A stretch of DNA of 64,000 bases from Chitinophagales bacterium (GCA_038210625.1 JBBQWL010000041.1:1584-65583), one strand, 5' to 3'. Counted from the stretch's first letter, positions 10,403 to 19,120 are shown. Numbers and translations: made by a program. Notes: a model not told the origin generated them from the letters alone.

Positions 10403-10831
10403 ATGGCACAAGTTAAAGAAGGGGATGTTGTAAAAGTACATTACACTGGTAAGTTAGTAAACGGAGAACAATTTGATTCTTCTGTGGGTAGGGAACCATT
10501 GGAATTTACCGTGGGCGCCGGGCAAATGATTAAAGGCTTTGACGCGGCTATGCCGGGTATGAATGTGGGTGAAAAGAAAACCATCAACATTGCGCCGCAG
10601 GATGGGTATGGCGAAAAAAGTGAAGAGGCAATTATAGAGTTTCCAAAGGAACATGTACCTGCTGATATGAAGCTGGAAGCGGGTATGCCATTAACGCTAA
10701 GCAACCAGGAAGGGCAGCCTGTACCGGTAATTGTGGTAGAAGTAAAAGACGATGTAATTATTTTAGATGCGAATCATTTTTTAGCCGGCCAGGAGTTGGT
10801 GTTTGATATTGAATTGGTAGAGATAGTGTAG
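10403..10831 (+). CDS. FKBP-type peptidyl-prolyl cis-trans isomerase (SlyD-like, no His-rich tail)
   Basis: VKVHYTGKL..GEQFDSS, GAGQMIKGFD, DANHFLAGQELVFDIELVEI; start set at MAQV. Confidence 0.9.
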   Translation: MAQVKEGDVVKVHYTGKLVNGEQFDSSVGREPLEFTVGAGQMIKGFDAAMPGMNVGEKKTINIAPQDGYGEKSEEAIIEFPKEHVPADMKLEAGMPLTLSNQEGQPVPVIVVEVKDDVIILDANHFLAGQELVFDIELVEIV

Positions 10832-10833
10832 GA

Positions 10834-10861
10834 GACAATAAGCAATAGTAAATAGGCAATA
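10834..10861 (+). repeat. Left heptamer arm (GACAATA AGCAATA GTAAATA GGCAATA) of the four-helix-bundle cassette
   Basis: Four 7-nt units ending AATA, abutting the ATG at 10862; inverted partner at 11221-11248. Confidence 0.9.
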
Positions 10862-11218
10862 ATGCTCAATCTGAATCATAAAAAGCTTAAGGCCTGGCAA
10901 CTTGCTATTCAGCTGTATAAAGAAGTATTATTGCTTGTAAGGAAATTACCTAAAGAAGAAATTTTCAATTTAACCTCACAAATAAAAAGAGCGGCGCTTT
11001 CTGTAAGTAATAATATTGCGGAAGGTGCAGCAAGAAAATCGTCTGCAGAAAGAAAAAGATTTTATGAAGTAGCACGTTCTTCAGACGTAGAAGTAGATAA
11101 TTGTTTTGAAGTAATTCTTACTGTTGAATATTTAAGCAAAGAGGATATACTAATAGCAGAAAACCTTGTGGAACAAATTTTCAAACTACTGTCAGCAATG
11201 ATTGATAACACGAAATGA
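10862..11218 (+). CDS. Four helix bundle protein (23S rRNA intervening-sequence protein / bAvd-like family)
   Basis: LKAWQLAIQLYKEV...LPKEEIFNLTSQIKRAALSVSNNIAEGAARKS..ERKRFYEVARSS..EV signature. Confidence 0.92.
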   Translation: MLNLNHKKLKAWQLAIQLYKEVLLLVRKLPKEEIFNLTSQIKRAALSVSNNIAEGAARKSSAERKRFYEVARSSDVEVDNCFEVILTVEYLSKEDILIAENLVEQIFKLLSAMIDNTK

Positions 11219-11220
11219 AT

Positions 11221-11248
11221 TATTGCTTATTTACTATTCCCTATTGCC
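11221..11248 (-). repeat. Right heptamer arm (TATTGCT TATTTAC TATTCCC TATTGCC)
   Basis: Matches the reverse complement of 10834-10861 at 24/28 positions; starts 2 nt after the TGA stop. Confidence 0.9.
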
Positions 11249-11261
11249 TTGATTTTACATT

Positions 11262-12530
11262 ATGATACAAATTAGTCCCGATAACGTGGCTGAGCGCTTT
11301 ATGCGTTATGTTCGGATAGATACGCAAAGTGACCCGACAAGTACGGCGCATCCAAGTTCTGAAAAGCAAAAAGACTTGAGTAAAGTATTGCAACGGGAAT
11401 TGTTGGGCATGGGTATCACCAATGCCATTACGGATGAATTTGGATATGTGTATGCAACATTGCCGGGCAACAGTGACAAGAAAAATATTCCTGCCATTTG
11501 TTTTTGCGCCCATGTAGATACGGCGCCGGATTGCAGTGGTACCAATGTAAAGCCCATACATCACCGGTATTATGATGGAGCGGATATTGTGTTGCCGGAT
11601 GATGCGAGCCAGGTGCTTTCGATGGCCACCTCCCCTTATTTAAAACAACATTTAAACCATGGAATTATTACGGCCAGCGGTTTAACGTTACTGGGAGCGG
11701 ATGATAAAAGTGGCGTGGCTGCCATTATGGAGGCGGCACTTTTTTTTATGCAAAACCCGGTGGTTAAACATGGCGATATAAAGATTTTATTTACCCCGGA
11801 TGAAGAAGTTGGCCAGGGTACTGCCAAAGTAGATATGCAACAACTGGGTGCACAGTTTGGGTACACCATGGATGGCGGAGAAGCGGGCAGCCTGGAAGAT
11901 GAAACCTTTAGCGCCGATGCGGCGACCATTGTTATACATGGTGTAATAGTACACCCCGGCTATGCAAAAGATAAACTGGTGAACGCATTAAAAATTGCCG
12001 GTGCTGTACTAGATGCGTTGCCGAAAAATGAGTGGAGCCCGGAGACGACTTCAGGCAAGGAAGGTTTTGTACATCCGGTGGCAGTGAATGGTATTGCTGA
12101 AAAAGCAACGCTTCAATTTATTGTAAGAGACTTTACTGTGGCTGGTTTACAACAACATCATGAGCGGTTGAAGCAGATAGCAGAGGAGGTGGTTGCCAGC
12201 TTTGCGGGTGCAACTGTTGAATACAGAGTTACAGAACAATATCGCAATATGAAGGAAGTGCTGGACCAGCATCCCGAAGTAGTTGCCTATGCCGAAGAAG
12301 CGATACAGCGTGCTGGTTTAACAGTAAAAAAAGAAAGCATTCGCGGGGGTACTGATGGTAGCCGTTTTAGTTATATCGGCATGCCCTGCGCAAATATATT
12401 TACCGGCATGCAAAACATTCATAGCAAGCTGGAATGGATTGGTACCAAAGACATGGCCAAGGCTGCGGAAACGATTGTGCATTTGAGTATGATTTGGGAA
12501 GAGAAGGGGGTGATACCGTTAAATTCGTAG
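11262..12530 (+). CDS. pepT: Peptidase T (tripeptide aminopeptidase, M20B)
   Basis: ERFMRYVRIDTQSD, AHVDTAPD, TLLGADDKSG, FTPDEEVG, IRGGTDGS, NIHSKLEW. Confidence 0.93.
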   Translation: MIQISPDNVAERFMRYVRIDTQSDPTSTAHPSSEKQKDLSKVLQRELLGMGITNAITDEFGYVYATLPGNSDKKNIPAICFCAHVDTAPDCSGTNVKPIHHRYYDGADIVLPDDASQVLSMATSPYLKQHLNHGIITASGLTLLGADDKSGVAAIMEAALFFMQNPVVKHGDIKILFTPDEEVGQGTAKVDMQQLGAQFGYTMDGGEAGSLEDETFSADAATIVIHGVIVHPGYAKDKLVNALKIAGAVLDALPKNEWSPETTSGKEGFVHPVAVNGIAEKATLQFIVRDFTVAGLQQHHERLKQIAEEVVASFAGATVEYRVTEQYRNMKEVLDQHPEVVAYAEEAIQRAGLTVKKESIRGGTDGSRFSYIGMPCANIFTGMQNIHSKLEWIGTKDMAKAAETIVHLSMIWEEKGVIPLNS

Positions 12531-12556
12531 GAACAGGCCGCGGCCTGTTCCTACGA
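12525..12556. repeat. GTAG-type REP-like perfect palindrome TCGTAGGAACAGGCCGCGGCCTGTTCCTACGA
   Basis: 32-bp perfect palindrome; second copy at 18091-18120; includes the pepT TAG stop. Confidence 0.85.
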
Positions 12557-12616
12557 TAAAGATTTTCTGTACTGCAATTAAAACATTGCTACCTTTCGTC
12601 CCTAAAATTTTTAACA

Positions 12617-13543
12617 ATGGAATTACTAAAAGATTTCTGGTGGTTGATACCCATTTTTATGCTGATTGCAGGCGGACTATTTACCATCAACCAGGGAACC
12701 ATCGGGGTGGTTACCCGCCTGGGCAAATACCATAGCATCAAAAGACCAGGCTTAAATTTTAAAGTGCCTTTTTTAGACCAGCTGTACAAAAGGGTCAGCA
12801 TTCAAAACCGTTCGGTAGAACTGGAGTTCCAGGCCGTAACGATTGACCAGGCCAATGTGTATTTCAAATCGATGCTGTTGTATTCAGTATTAAATATTGA
12901 TGAAGACACCATTAAGAATGTGGCCTTTAAATTTATCAGTGAAAAAGATTTAATGCAGGCACTGATACGGACAGTAGAAGGAAGTATCCGTGCATTCGTA
13001 TCTACTAAAAAACAGGCGGAGGTATTGAACGTGCGCAGGGATATTGTAGAAAATGTAAAGGAGCAGGTAGACGTACAGCTCGAAAGCTGGGGCTATCATT
13101 TGCAGGATCTGCAGATCAACGACATTACTTTTGATGAAGCCATTATTACCAGTATGAGCAAAGTGGTGGCCAGTAATAACCTGAAAGCAGCGGCTGAAAA
13201 TGAAGGCCAGGCTTTGCTGATCACCAAAACAAAAGCGGCGGAAGCGGAAGGTAACGCCATTAAAATAGCAGCAGAGGCAGAAAGACAAGCAGCACAGTTA
13301 CGCGGACAGGGTGTGGCATTGTTCCGGGAAGAAGTGGCCAAGGGTATGAGCCAGGCTGCAGAACAAATGAAACAAGCCAACCTGGATACAAATGTAATTT
13401 TATTTAGTATGTGGACAGAAGCGATTAAAAATTTTGCAGAATATGGAAAAGGCAATGTGATATTTTTGGATGGCAGCAGTGAGGGCATGGAAAAAACCAT
13501 GCGTCAGATAATGGCCATGCAGCAGATGGATGGAAAGAAATGA
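12617..13543 (+). CDS. SPFH/band 7/prohibitin domain protein
   Basis: N-terminal TM, RLGKYHSIKRPGLNFKVPF, coiled AEA/AAE-rich C-terminal region. Confidence 0.9.
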   Translation: MELLKDFWWLIPIFMLIAGGLFTINQGTIGVVTRLGKYHSIKRPGLNFKVPFLDQLYKRVSIQNRSVELEFQAVTIDQANVYFKSMLLYSVLNIDEDTIKNVAFKFISEKDLMQALIRTVEGSIRAFVSTKKQAEVLNVRRDIVENVKEQVDVQLESWGYHLQDLQINDITFDEAIITSMSKVVASNNLKAAAENEGQALLITKTKAAEAEGNAIKIAAEAERQAAQLRGQGVALFREEVAKGMSQAAEQMKQANLDTNVILFSMWTEAIKNFAEYGKGNVIFLDGSSEGMEKTMRQIMAMQQMDGKK

Positions 13544-13569
13544 TTGCAGCAATAAATATTTTATATCGG

Positions 13570-13589
13570 GAGCCGGATTTATCCGGCTC
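13570..13589 (+). terminator. Probable intrinsic terminator after SPFH gene
   Basis: GAGCCGGAT-TT-ATCCGGCTC hairpin followed by T-rich tract. Confidence 0.6.
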
Positions 13590-13729
13590 TTGTTGTAAGT
13601 TTACTTTAACATTTTTTTGTAGTGCAATTGATGTTTGTTTGCGTTACAAAGAGCAGTCAAAACCTATTGGCATAATTATCGTAAAATAAAAAGTCATAAA
13701 CAATTACTTTTGCCCAAAATCAGTTAAAC

Positions 13730-14410
13730 ATGTTTGATATTCTTTTACAGGTAGATACTACTAAAGTGGCCACAGAGCTGTTGTCACAAAAGTCAGAAAA
13801 TGTTTGGGGCGTACTGGCCAAAGGAGGCTTGCTGATGATCCCTTTATTGGCGTTGTTAGTAGTAGCTATTTTCTTTTTTATTGAAAGGTTACTTACTATT
13901 ACCAAAGCGGCTAAAATCGAAGATAATTTTATGAGCATTATCCGGGATAATATTGTTTCCGGTAATGTAACCGCCGCCAGGAACCTTGCCAAAAATACCA
14001 ATAACCCGGTTGCCAGGGTAATTGATAAAGGCATGCAACGCATTGGTAAACCTATTGATGCCATCGAAAAAAGTATGGATAATGTAGGGGTACTGGAAAT
14101 GTATAAACTGGAGAAAAATTTATCCATCATTTCTATCATCGCACGCATTGCGCCGTTGTTTGGATTTTTAGGAACCATCATTGGTATGCTGGCGCTTTTC
14201 AAAGGCATTGCAGCCACATCGGAGTATACGCCCAACACTATTGCAGATGGTATTTATATCAAAATGATTACTTCTGCTACCGGTTTAATTATTGGTATCC
14301 TGGCTTATCTTGGTCATAGTTTTTTACAGGCGCAAATTGCGAGGATAGAAAATAAAATTGATGCGGCAAGCGCTGAGTTTGTAGATATTTTGCAGGAACC
14401 AACAAGATAG
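13730..14410 (+). CDS. exbB: MotA/TolQ/ExbB proton channel family protein
   Basis: IAPLFGFLGTIIGM, ADGIYIKMITSATGLIIGI; paired with ExbD; TACTTTTG box at 13705-13712. Confidence 0.9.
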   Translation: MFDILLQVDTTKVATELLSQKSENVWGVLAKGGLLMIPLLALLVVAIFFFIERLLTITKAAKIEDNFMSIIRDNIVSGNVTAARNLAKNTNNPVARVIDKGMQRIGKPIDAIEKSMDNVGVLEMYKLEKNLSIISIIARIAPLFGFLGTIIGMLALFKGIAATSEYTPNTIADGIYIKMITSATGLIIGILAYLGHSFLQAQIARIENKIDAASAEFVDILQEPTR

Positions 14411-14413
14411 AGA

Positions 14414-14520
14414 TGTCAATGGTGAATAGGCAATGGTGAAAACTTTGAAGGTCACTATTCAATATTTACCACGACAATTTGCTACAGACAATTCACAATT
14501 GACCATTCACAATTCACCAT
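14414..14520. repeat. Inverted heptamer arms without a cargo gene, between exbB and exbD
   Basis: Left TGTCAAT GGTGAAT AGGCAAT GGTGAAA (14414-14441); right ATTCACA ATTGACC ATTCACA ATTCACC (14491-14518); ~49-nt spacer. Confidence 0.8.
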
Positions 14521-14526
14521 ATAAGT

Positions 14527-14928
14527 ATGAGCTTAAGAAAAAAATTTAAAGGAGAAGGCGCCGAAGTAGATACCGGGCCTTTGAACGATATTTTATTTAT
14601 CCTGATGTTCTTCTTTTTAATCATTTCTACATTGGCCAATCCCAATGTAATAAAGCTGAGCAACCCCAAGGCAAAAAGTGATACAAAGGCCAAGCAAAGC
14701 GTGATAGTAAGTATTGATAAGAACCGTGTGGTGCACGTAGGCCAGCAAAAAATAATTTTTGATTCGCTGGAGTCGCAACTAAGATTACATATTCATGTTG
14801 GTGATAGCATTAAACCAGCAGTAGTAATCAATGCAGATTCTTTGGTAGCCTGGAAAGACATTGTAAAAATAATGAGTGTGGCTAAAAGGTTGGGTGCTAC
14901 TACCTCGGCATCAGTTTCCAATCAGTAA
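14527..14928 (+). CDS. exbD: Biopolymer transporter ExbD
   Basis: GPLNDILFILMFFFLI transmembrane motif, VVINADS, IVKIMS. Confidence 0.9.
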   Translation: MSLRKKFKGEGAEVDTGPLNDILFILMFFFLIISTLANPNVIKLSNPKAKSDTKAKQSVIVSIDKNRVVHVGQQKIIFDSLESQLRLHIHVGDSIKPAVVINADSLVAWKDIVKIMSVAKRLGATTSASVSNQ

Positions 14929-14951
14929 TTTATTTTGCCGTTAAGGCGTTG

Positions 14952-14982
14952 AGGCGTTTGTTTTTATTTAAAACAAACGCCT
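14952..14982. terminator. Bidirectional terminator-like hairpin between exbD and prmC
   Basis: AGGCGTTTGTTTT / AAAACAAACGCCT stem between convergent genes. Confidence 0.6.
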
Positions 14983-15054
14983 TCTGTATAAATGGATCAA
15001 CTCTAAATCTTTGAGTCCGGTAGAGCATCGGCTACCATCTTCCAATAATACCGG

Positions 15055-15909
15055 CTAAATAAAAGAAGCAGTTACCATTCTCTCCTTTCCAAAAAGATCT
15101 TTTTTAATGGATACCGTTTTGTAATTATTAGTAAACAGGGCAGCAGTTTCTTTTGCAAAGTCCTCATGGGTTTCCATAAAAATGGCACCTTTTAAATTGA
15201 GGTGCGTTTTACCAAAAGCAGCTATTTTTTCATAGAATAACAAAGGTGAATTGTCGGGCACAAATAAAGCCTGGTGTGGCTCAAAGGTAGTTACATTGAT
15301 ATCCAGTTTTTCCTTTTCGTTTAATGGAATGTAAGGTGGATTACTAATGATACAATCAAACTTTGGTAAATTGTTCCATTGCTTTTCGTCTAAAAAATCG
15401 ACTACCAAAAAATCAATTAAAGTTTGTTGTCTTGCTGCATTTTCTTCAGCGACTTTTAACGCATCACTACTTATATCTATTGCCGTAACAGTTGCTTCAG
15501 GCATATTCTTTTTTATAGCAATGGCTATGCAGCCACTGCCGGTACCAATGTCTAAAATGGATGGGCTGGTATTGGTAATTATTGCCTGATCCAACACCAG
15601 TTGAACCAGTTCTTCTGTCTCAGGCCGTGGAATTAAAACATGTTCATTGACTCTTAACTTCATTTTGTAAAACCAGGCTTCGCCTAAAACGTATTGAACG
15701 GGCGTGTGCTGTAGTAAAGCAGTCAAGGCTTTATTTAATTGCTCAATAACGGTAATTGATAAAAGCAGTCTGGGGTTTTTTATTACCTCAAAACGTTCAA
15801 TGCCGGCAAGGCTTTCAAACACCCAGTCTGTAATTACCGTGGCTTCATTAAGGCTGAAAATTGTTTGTAATTGTTGCAGAAAATTACGGTATTGTTGATT
15901 GATTGTCAT
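15055..15909 (-). CDS. prmC: Release factor glutamine methyltransferase (HemK)
   Basis: PVQYVLGEAWF, VLIPRPETEELV, LDIGTGSGCIA, SNPPYI; start MTINQQ chosen because the upstream ATG (15921) overlaps a TATGTTTG -7 box. Confidence 0.93.
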   Translation of the reverse strand: MTINQQYRNFLQQLQTIFSLNEATVITDWVFESLAGIERFEVIKNPRLLLSITVIEQLNKALTALLQHTPVQYVLGEAWFYKMKLRVNEHVLIPRPETEELVQLVLDQAIITNTSPSILDIGTGSGCIAIAIKKNMPEATVTAIDISSDALKVAEENAARQQTLIDFLVVDFLDEKQWNNLPKFDCIISNPPYIPLNEKEKLDINVTTFEPHQALFVPDNSPLLFYEKIAAFGKTHLNLKGAIFMETHEDFAKETAALFTNNYKTVSIKKDLFGKERMVTASFI

Positions 15910-15951
15910 CTTAGCAAACATACTTTATTTTTCTATACTTAAATTTGCCGC

Positions 15952-17001
15952 CTGACAACTCATGAAACATATATGGAACGGTGCCTGCAGCTCGCAAAAC
16001 TGGGGGCAGGGCATGTGGCGCCCAACCCAATGGTAGGGGCGGTAATGGTATACCAGGATCGTATCATTGGCGAAGGGTATCACCGGCAATATGGCCAGGC
16101 CCATGCGGAAGTAAATTGCGTCAACAGCGTCCGTCAATCCAATCTGTCACTCATACAAAAAAGTACATTGTATGTATCACTGGAGCCTTGCGCACATTAT
16201 GGAAAAACACCTCCCTGCGCTGACTTGATCATCAAAAATAAAATTCCGAAAGTAGTAGTGGGTTGCAGGGACAGTTACATAGAAGTAGATGGTAAAGGCA
16301 TTCAAAAATTACAGCAGGCCGGTGTTGAAGTGATCACTGGTGTGTTGGAAAAAGAAGCACTGGAACTGAACAAGCGGTTCTTTATTTTTCACACCAAACA
16401 ACGGCCCTATATTATTTTAAAATGGGCGCAAAGTAAAGATCAAATAATTGCCAATGCAGATTATTCAGCTCTAAAAATCAGCCATGATATTACCAACCGG
16501 TTGGTGCATAAATGGCGCGGTGAAGAAGCCGCGATATTGATAGGAACCAATACCGCATTGCATGATAACCCCGCACTTACAAATCGTTTGTGGAACGGAG
16601 ATAACCCGGAAAGACTGGTAATAGACAAGCAATTAAAATTGCCCGGCACATTGCATATTTTTGATGGATCTGTAAAAACGATTGTATTTAATTACCTGAA
16701 GGATGAAGAGAAGGAGGGAATTTTATTTTATAAACTGCCTGCTGAAGAAAATATTATTCCGGGTTTACTGGATGCTTTGTACAAATTAAAAATTCAAAGT
16801 GTGCTGGTAGAAGGCGGTACCCAATTATTGCAATCCTTTATAGATAGCGGTTGCTGGGATGAAGCAAGAATAATTACCAACGAATCGCTTATTATTGGAG
16901 ATGGGATAAAGGCTCCCCACTTAAGTCAACACGGGCTTGTAAGCACCGAAAGCATTAGCAGTGATACCCTGGCTTATTATGAATATACAAAGCCGCAATA
17001 A
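15952..17001 (+). CDS. ribD: Riboflavin biosynthesis deaminase/reductase RibD
   Basis: PNPMVGAV, HAEVNC, VSLEPCAHYGKTPPC, KWAQS, LVEGG; start may be CTG at 15952 (THETYMERC) or ATG at 15973. Confidence 0.93.
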   Translation: MTTHETYMERCLQLAKLGAGHVAPNPMVGAVMVYQDRIIGEGYHRQYGQAHAEVNCVNSVRQSNLSLIQKSTLYVSLEPCAHYGKTPPCADLIIKNKIPKVVVGCRDSYIEVDGKGIQKLQQAGVEVITGVLEKEALELNKRFFIFHTKQRPYIILKWAQSKDQIIANADYSALKISHDITNRLVHKWRGEEAAILIGTNTALHDNPALTNRLWNGDNPERLVIDKQLKLPGTLHIFDGSVKTIVFNYLKDEEKEGILFYKLPAEENIIPGLLDALYKLKIQSVLVEGGTQLLQSFIDSGCWDEARIITNESLIIGDGIKAPHLSQHGLVSTESISSDTLAYYEYTKPQ

Positions 17002-17031
17002 AGAAAAGCAAATACTAAATCGACAACTAAC

Positions 17032-17646
17032 TTGACAACAGCAAACGACGCAACATTTTATTACACGATTGAAAAGCCATCTGTAGAGGAATTTAAAGAC
17101 CGGGGCAGTAAGTTTATTGCTTTTGCTTACCCGATAGAAACGGTAGATGATTTTAAAAAACTGTTGCAGCAATTAAAGAAAGATCATCCGAAAGCGGTGC
17201 ACCATTGCTTTGCCTATCGCCTTGGTACGGATGGAAATACTTTTAGGGTCAGTGATGATGGAGAGCCTTCCGGTACCGCAGGCCGACCTATTTTGGGTCA
17301 GATAGATAGTAAATCAATTACCAATACCGCCATCATTGTAGTACGTTATTTTGGCGGTACGTTGCTGGGCGTTCCCGGATTGATCAATGCGTATAAAACC
17401 GCTGCCACACTGGCTTTACAGGTGGTGCCTGTTATACAAAAACAAGTGGAAGTTAATTATAGCATTCACTTTGATTATACGCAAATGAATGATGTAATGA
17501 TGGTAATGAAACAGTATAATTGTACCATCATTAGCCAGGAAATGCAATTGTTTTGCCTGGTAAAGGTAGGTATCGCCAAGAGTCGTTTACCCGAAGTTTT
17601 ATATAGGTTAAAAGAGTTACAGGTAGAAGTTGAAAAAATTAAATAA
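17032..17646 (+). CDS. YigZ/IMPACT family protein
   Basis: KDRGSKFIAF, AVHHCFAYR, SDDGEPSGTAGRPIL, VVRYFGGTLLGVPGLINAY. Confidence 0.92.
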   Translation: MTTANDATFYYTIEKPSVEEFKDRGSKFIAFAYPIETVDDFKKLLQQLKKDHPKAVHHCFAYRLGTDGNTFRVSDDGEPSGTAGRPILGQIDSKSITNTAIIVVRYFGGTLLGVPGLINAYKTAATLALQVVPVIQKQVEVNYSIHFDYTQMNDVMMVMKQYNCTIISQEMQLFCLVKVGIAKSRLPEVLYRLKELQVEVEKIK

Positions 17647-17647
17647 A

Positions 17648-17688
17648 TTACAATACAGTCTGACCGTCCCGGTCTGACTGTATTGTAA
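17648..17688. repeat. Long intergenic hairpin (REP-like or terminator)
   Basis: TTACAATACAGTC-T-GACCG / CGGTC-T-GACTGTATTGTAA. Confidence 0.6.
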
Positions 17689-17697
17689 AAATTTCTC

Positions 17698-18051
17698 ATG
17701 AACATCGAAACTCTTCGGGAATATGTTTTGCAAAAGCCTTTGGTAAACGAAGGCTTTCCATTCGGCGAAACCACCCTTGTGTTTAAAGTAAACGATAAAA
17801 TATTTTTACTGGTGCCGTTAGAAGCTGGTCAGCTGCAGTTTAATGCCAAGTGCGACCCTGATAAGGCCATTGAATGGAGGGATGAATATCCCGATGCCGT
17901 TTTACCAGGCTTCCACATGAATAAAAAACATTGGAATACAGTGATTGCGGATGGTTCCCTGACGAATAAGCAATTATTGCAAATGGTAGATGATTCATAC
18001 AATTTGGTTGCAAAGAAAACGCCTTCGAAATTACCCCGCAAGAAGAAATAG
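17698..18051 (+). CDS. MmcQ/YjbR family DNA-binding protein
   Basis: EGFPFGETTLVFKV..KIF, KCDP, PGFHMNKKHWNTV, VDDSYNLV. Confidence 0.9.
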   Translation: MNIETLREYVLQKPLVNEGFPFGETTLVFKVNDKIFLLVPLEAGQLQFNAKCDPDKAIEWRDEYPDAVLPGFHMNKKHWNTVIADGSLTNKQLLQMVDDSYNLVAKKTPSKLPRKKK

Positions 18052-18090
18052 ATAACATACATTCATCAACGAATTAATATTGCCTAACGG

Positions 18091-18120
18091 CGTAGGAACA
18101 GGCCGCGGCCTGTTTCTACG
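18091..18120. repeat. GTAG-type REP-like palindrome, copy 2
   Basis: CGTAGGAACAGGCCGCGGCCTGTTTCTACG, 29/30 identical to 12526-12555. Confidence 0.85.
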
Positions 18121-18157
18121 AGTGTCAATTTTATTATTAATCCTAAACATACCAACC

Positions 18158-19003
18158 ATGCAAGACGAAGAAAAATTTTCTGATGATCCCGCAGAGAATA
18201 TGCGGATGGAAAATGAATTTTTAAAGTTGAAACTAAAGACGCAATATGGGGATGCCTTTCATATGGAAAGCAATGCCGGCCTGCCGCCGGAGATAGAGAA
18301 CGAGTTTTTAAAGAGAATGATCGCTTTTGAAGAAAGCCATGCCGATGCTGTGGTGTCTACTGTATATGAATGTATCGGCCGACCGGCTTATAAGTCTGCA
18401 GAAGAATTAAATGACATCGAAATCATGGTTGAATTGCAAAGAATTAATTCAGTCCTGTACGAACATAATATAGTCCTTGATATTTGTGACGGCCCTTACC
18501 CTGACAGACTTATTTACACTTTCATTACAGAAGAGTTATTTTCGGAAGAAGCAAAAAACACGGGTGACAAAGAAATACGGTACCGTTTTATTTATGAAGA
18601 ATTTCACCCTAACCACAAAGCGGAGATAACAAAACGTACGCACCAGTTTTTCAAGCATTGGTTTACCTGCAGTTTTAATGAATACGCAACTGAATTAAGC
18701 GGGCAGATTGTAGTTCCCGACGGCAGGCAAATGAACAGGCAGGAAGCGCTTGACAAGATGCGCCTTTTCTTTGATGCCTTCCAGGGATTTAAAAATGATG
18801 GCTATAACATTGACGATGTAAGTTTTGATATAAACCCGGAAACATTCATCGGGCTGGGATTTGCAGAAGGTATGTTGAAATATGATGCGCTGCTGGAGAA
18901 AGGAGAAGTTATACATTACCAGGGACCGTACAAGTTGTATATGCAAATGCAAGATAACTATTGGGATATTTTTTGTTTCATAATACCGGGCTTCACCTGG
19001 TAA
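18158..19003 (+). CDS. Acidic hypothetical protein
   Basis: Long ORF; start set at MQDEEK because the ORF-track start runs through the REP palindrome. Confidence 0.7.
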   Translation: MQDEEKFSDDPAENMRMENEFLKLKLKTQYGDAFHMESNAGLPPEIENEFLKRMIAFEESHADAVVSTVYECIGRPAYKSAEELNDIEIMVELQRINSVLYEHNIVLDICDGPYPDRLIYTFITEELFSEEAKNTGDKEIRYRFIYEEFHPNHKAEITKRTHQFFKHWFTCSFNEYATELSGQIVVPDGRQMNRQEALDKMRLFFDAFQGFKNDGYNIDDVSFDINPETFIGLGFAEGMLKYDALLEKGEVIHYQGPYKLYMQMQDNYWDIFCFIIPGFTW

Positions 19004-19009
19004 CCAAAA

Positions 19010-19120
19010 TTACTTTTTTGTATATTTCCAGTTCCTGGTCTTGCCTTCTTCCATCATTTCTAAGGCTTGCGCAATGCGTTTGCTTTTTGTTTCTTCTGTC
19101 TTTGCTTCGTCTATCCATTG
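19010..19120 (-). pseudogene. 3' remnant of a YdeI/OmpD-associated family gene
   Basis: Frame reads QWIDEAKTEETKSKRIAQALEMMEEGKTRNWKYTKK*, with no in-frame ATG before the upstream stop. Confidence 0.7.

Noticed and set aside
10862-11218. Diversity-generating retroelement (Avd-like gene)
   Set aside because: No reverse transcriptase and no TR/VR pair with A-specific mismatches in the window
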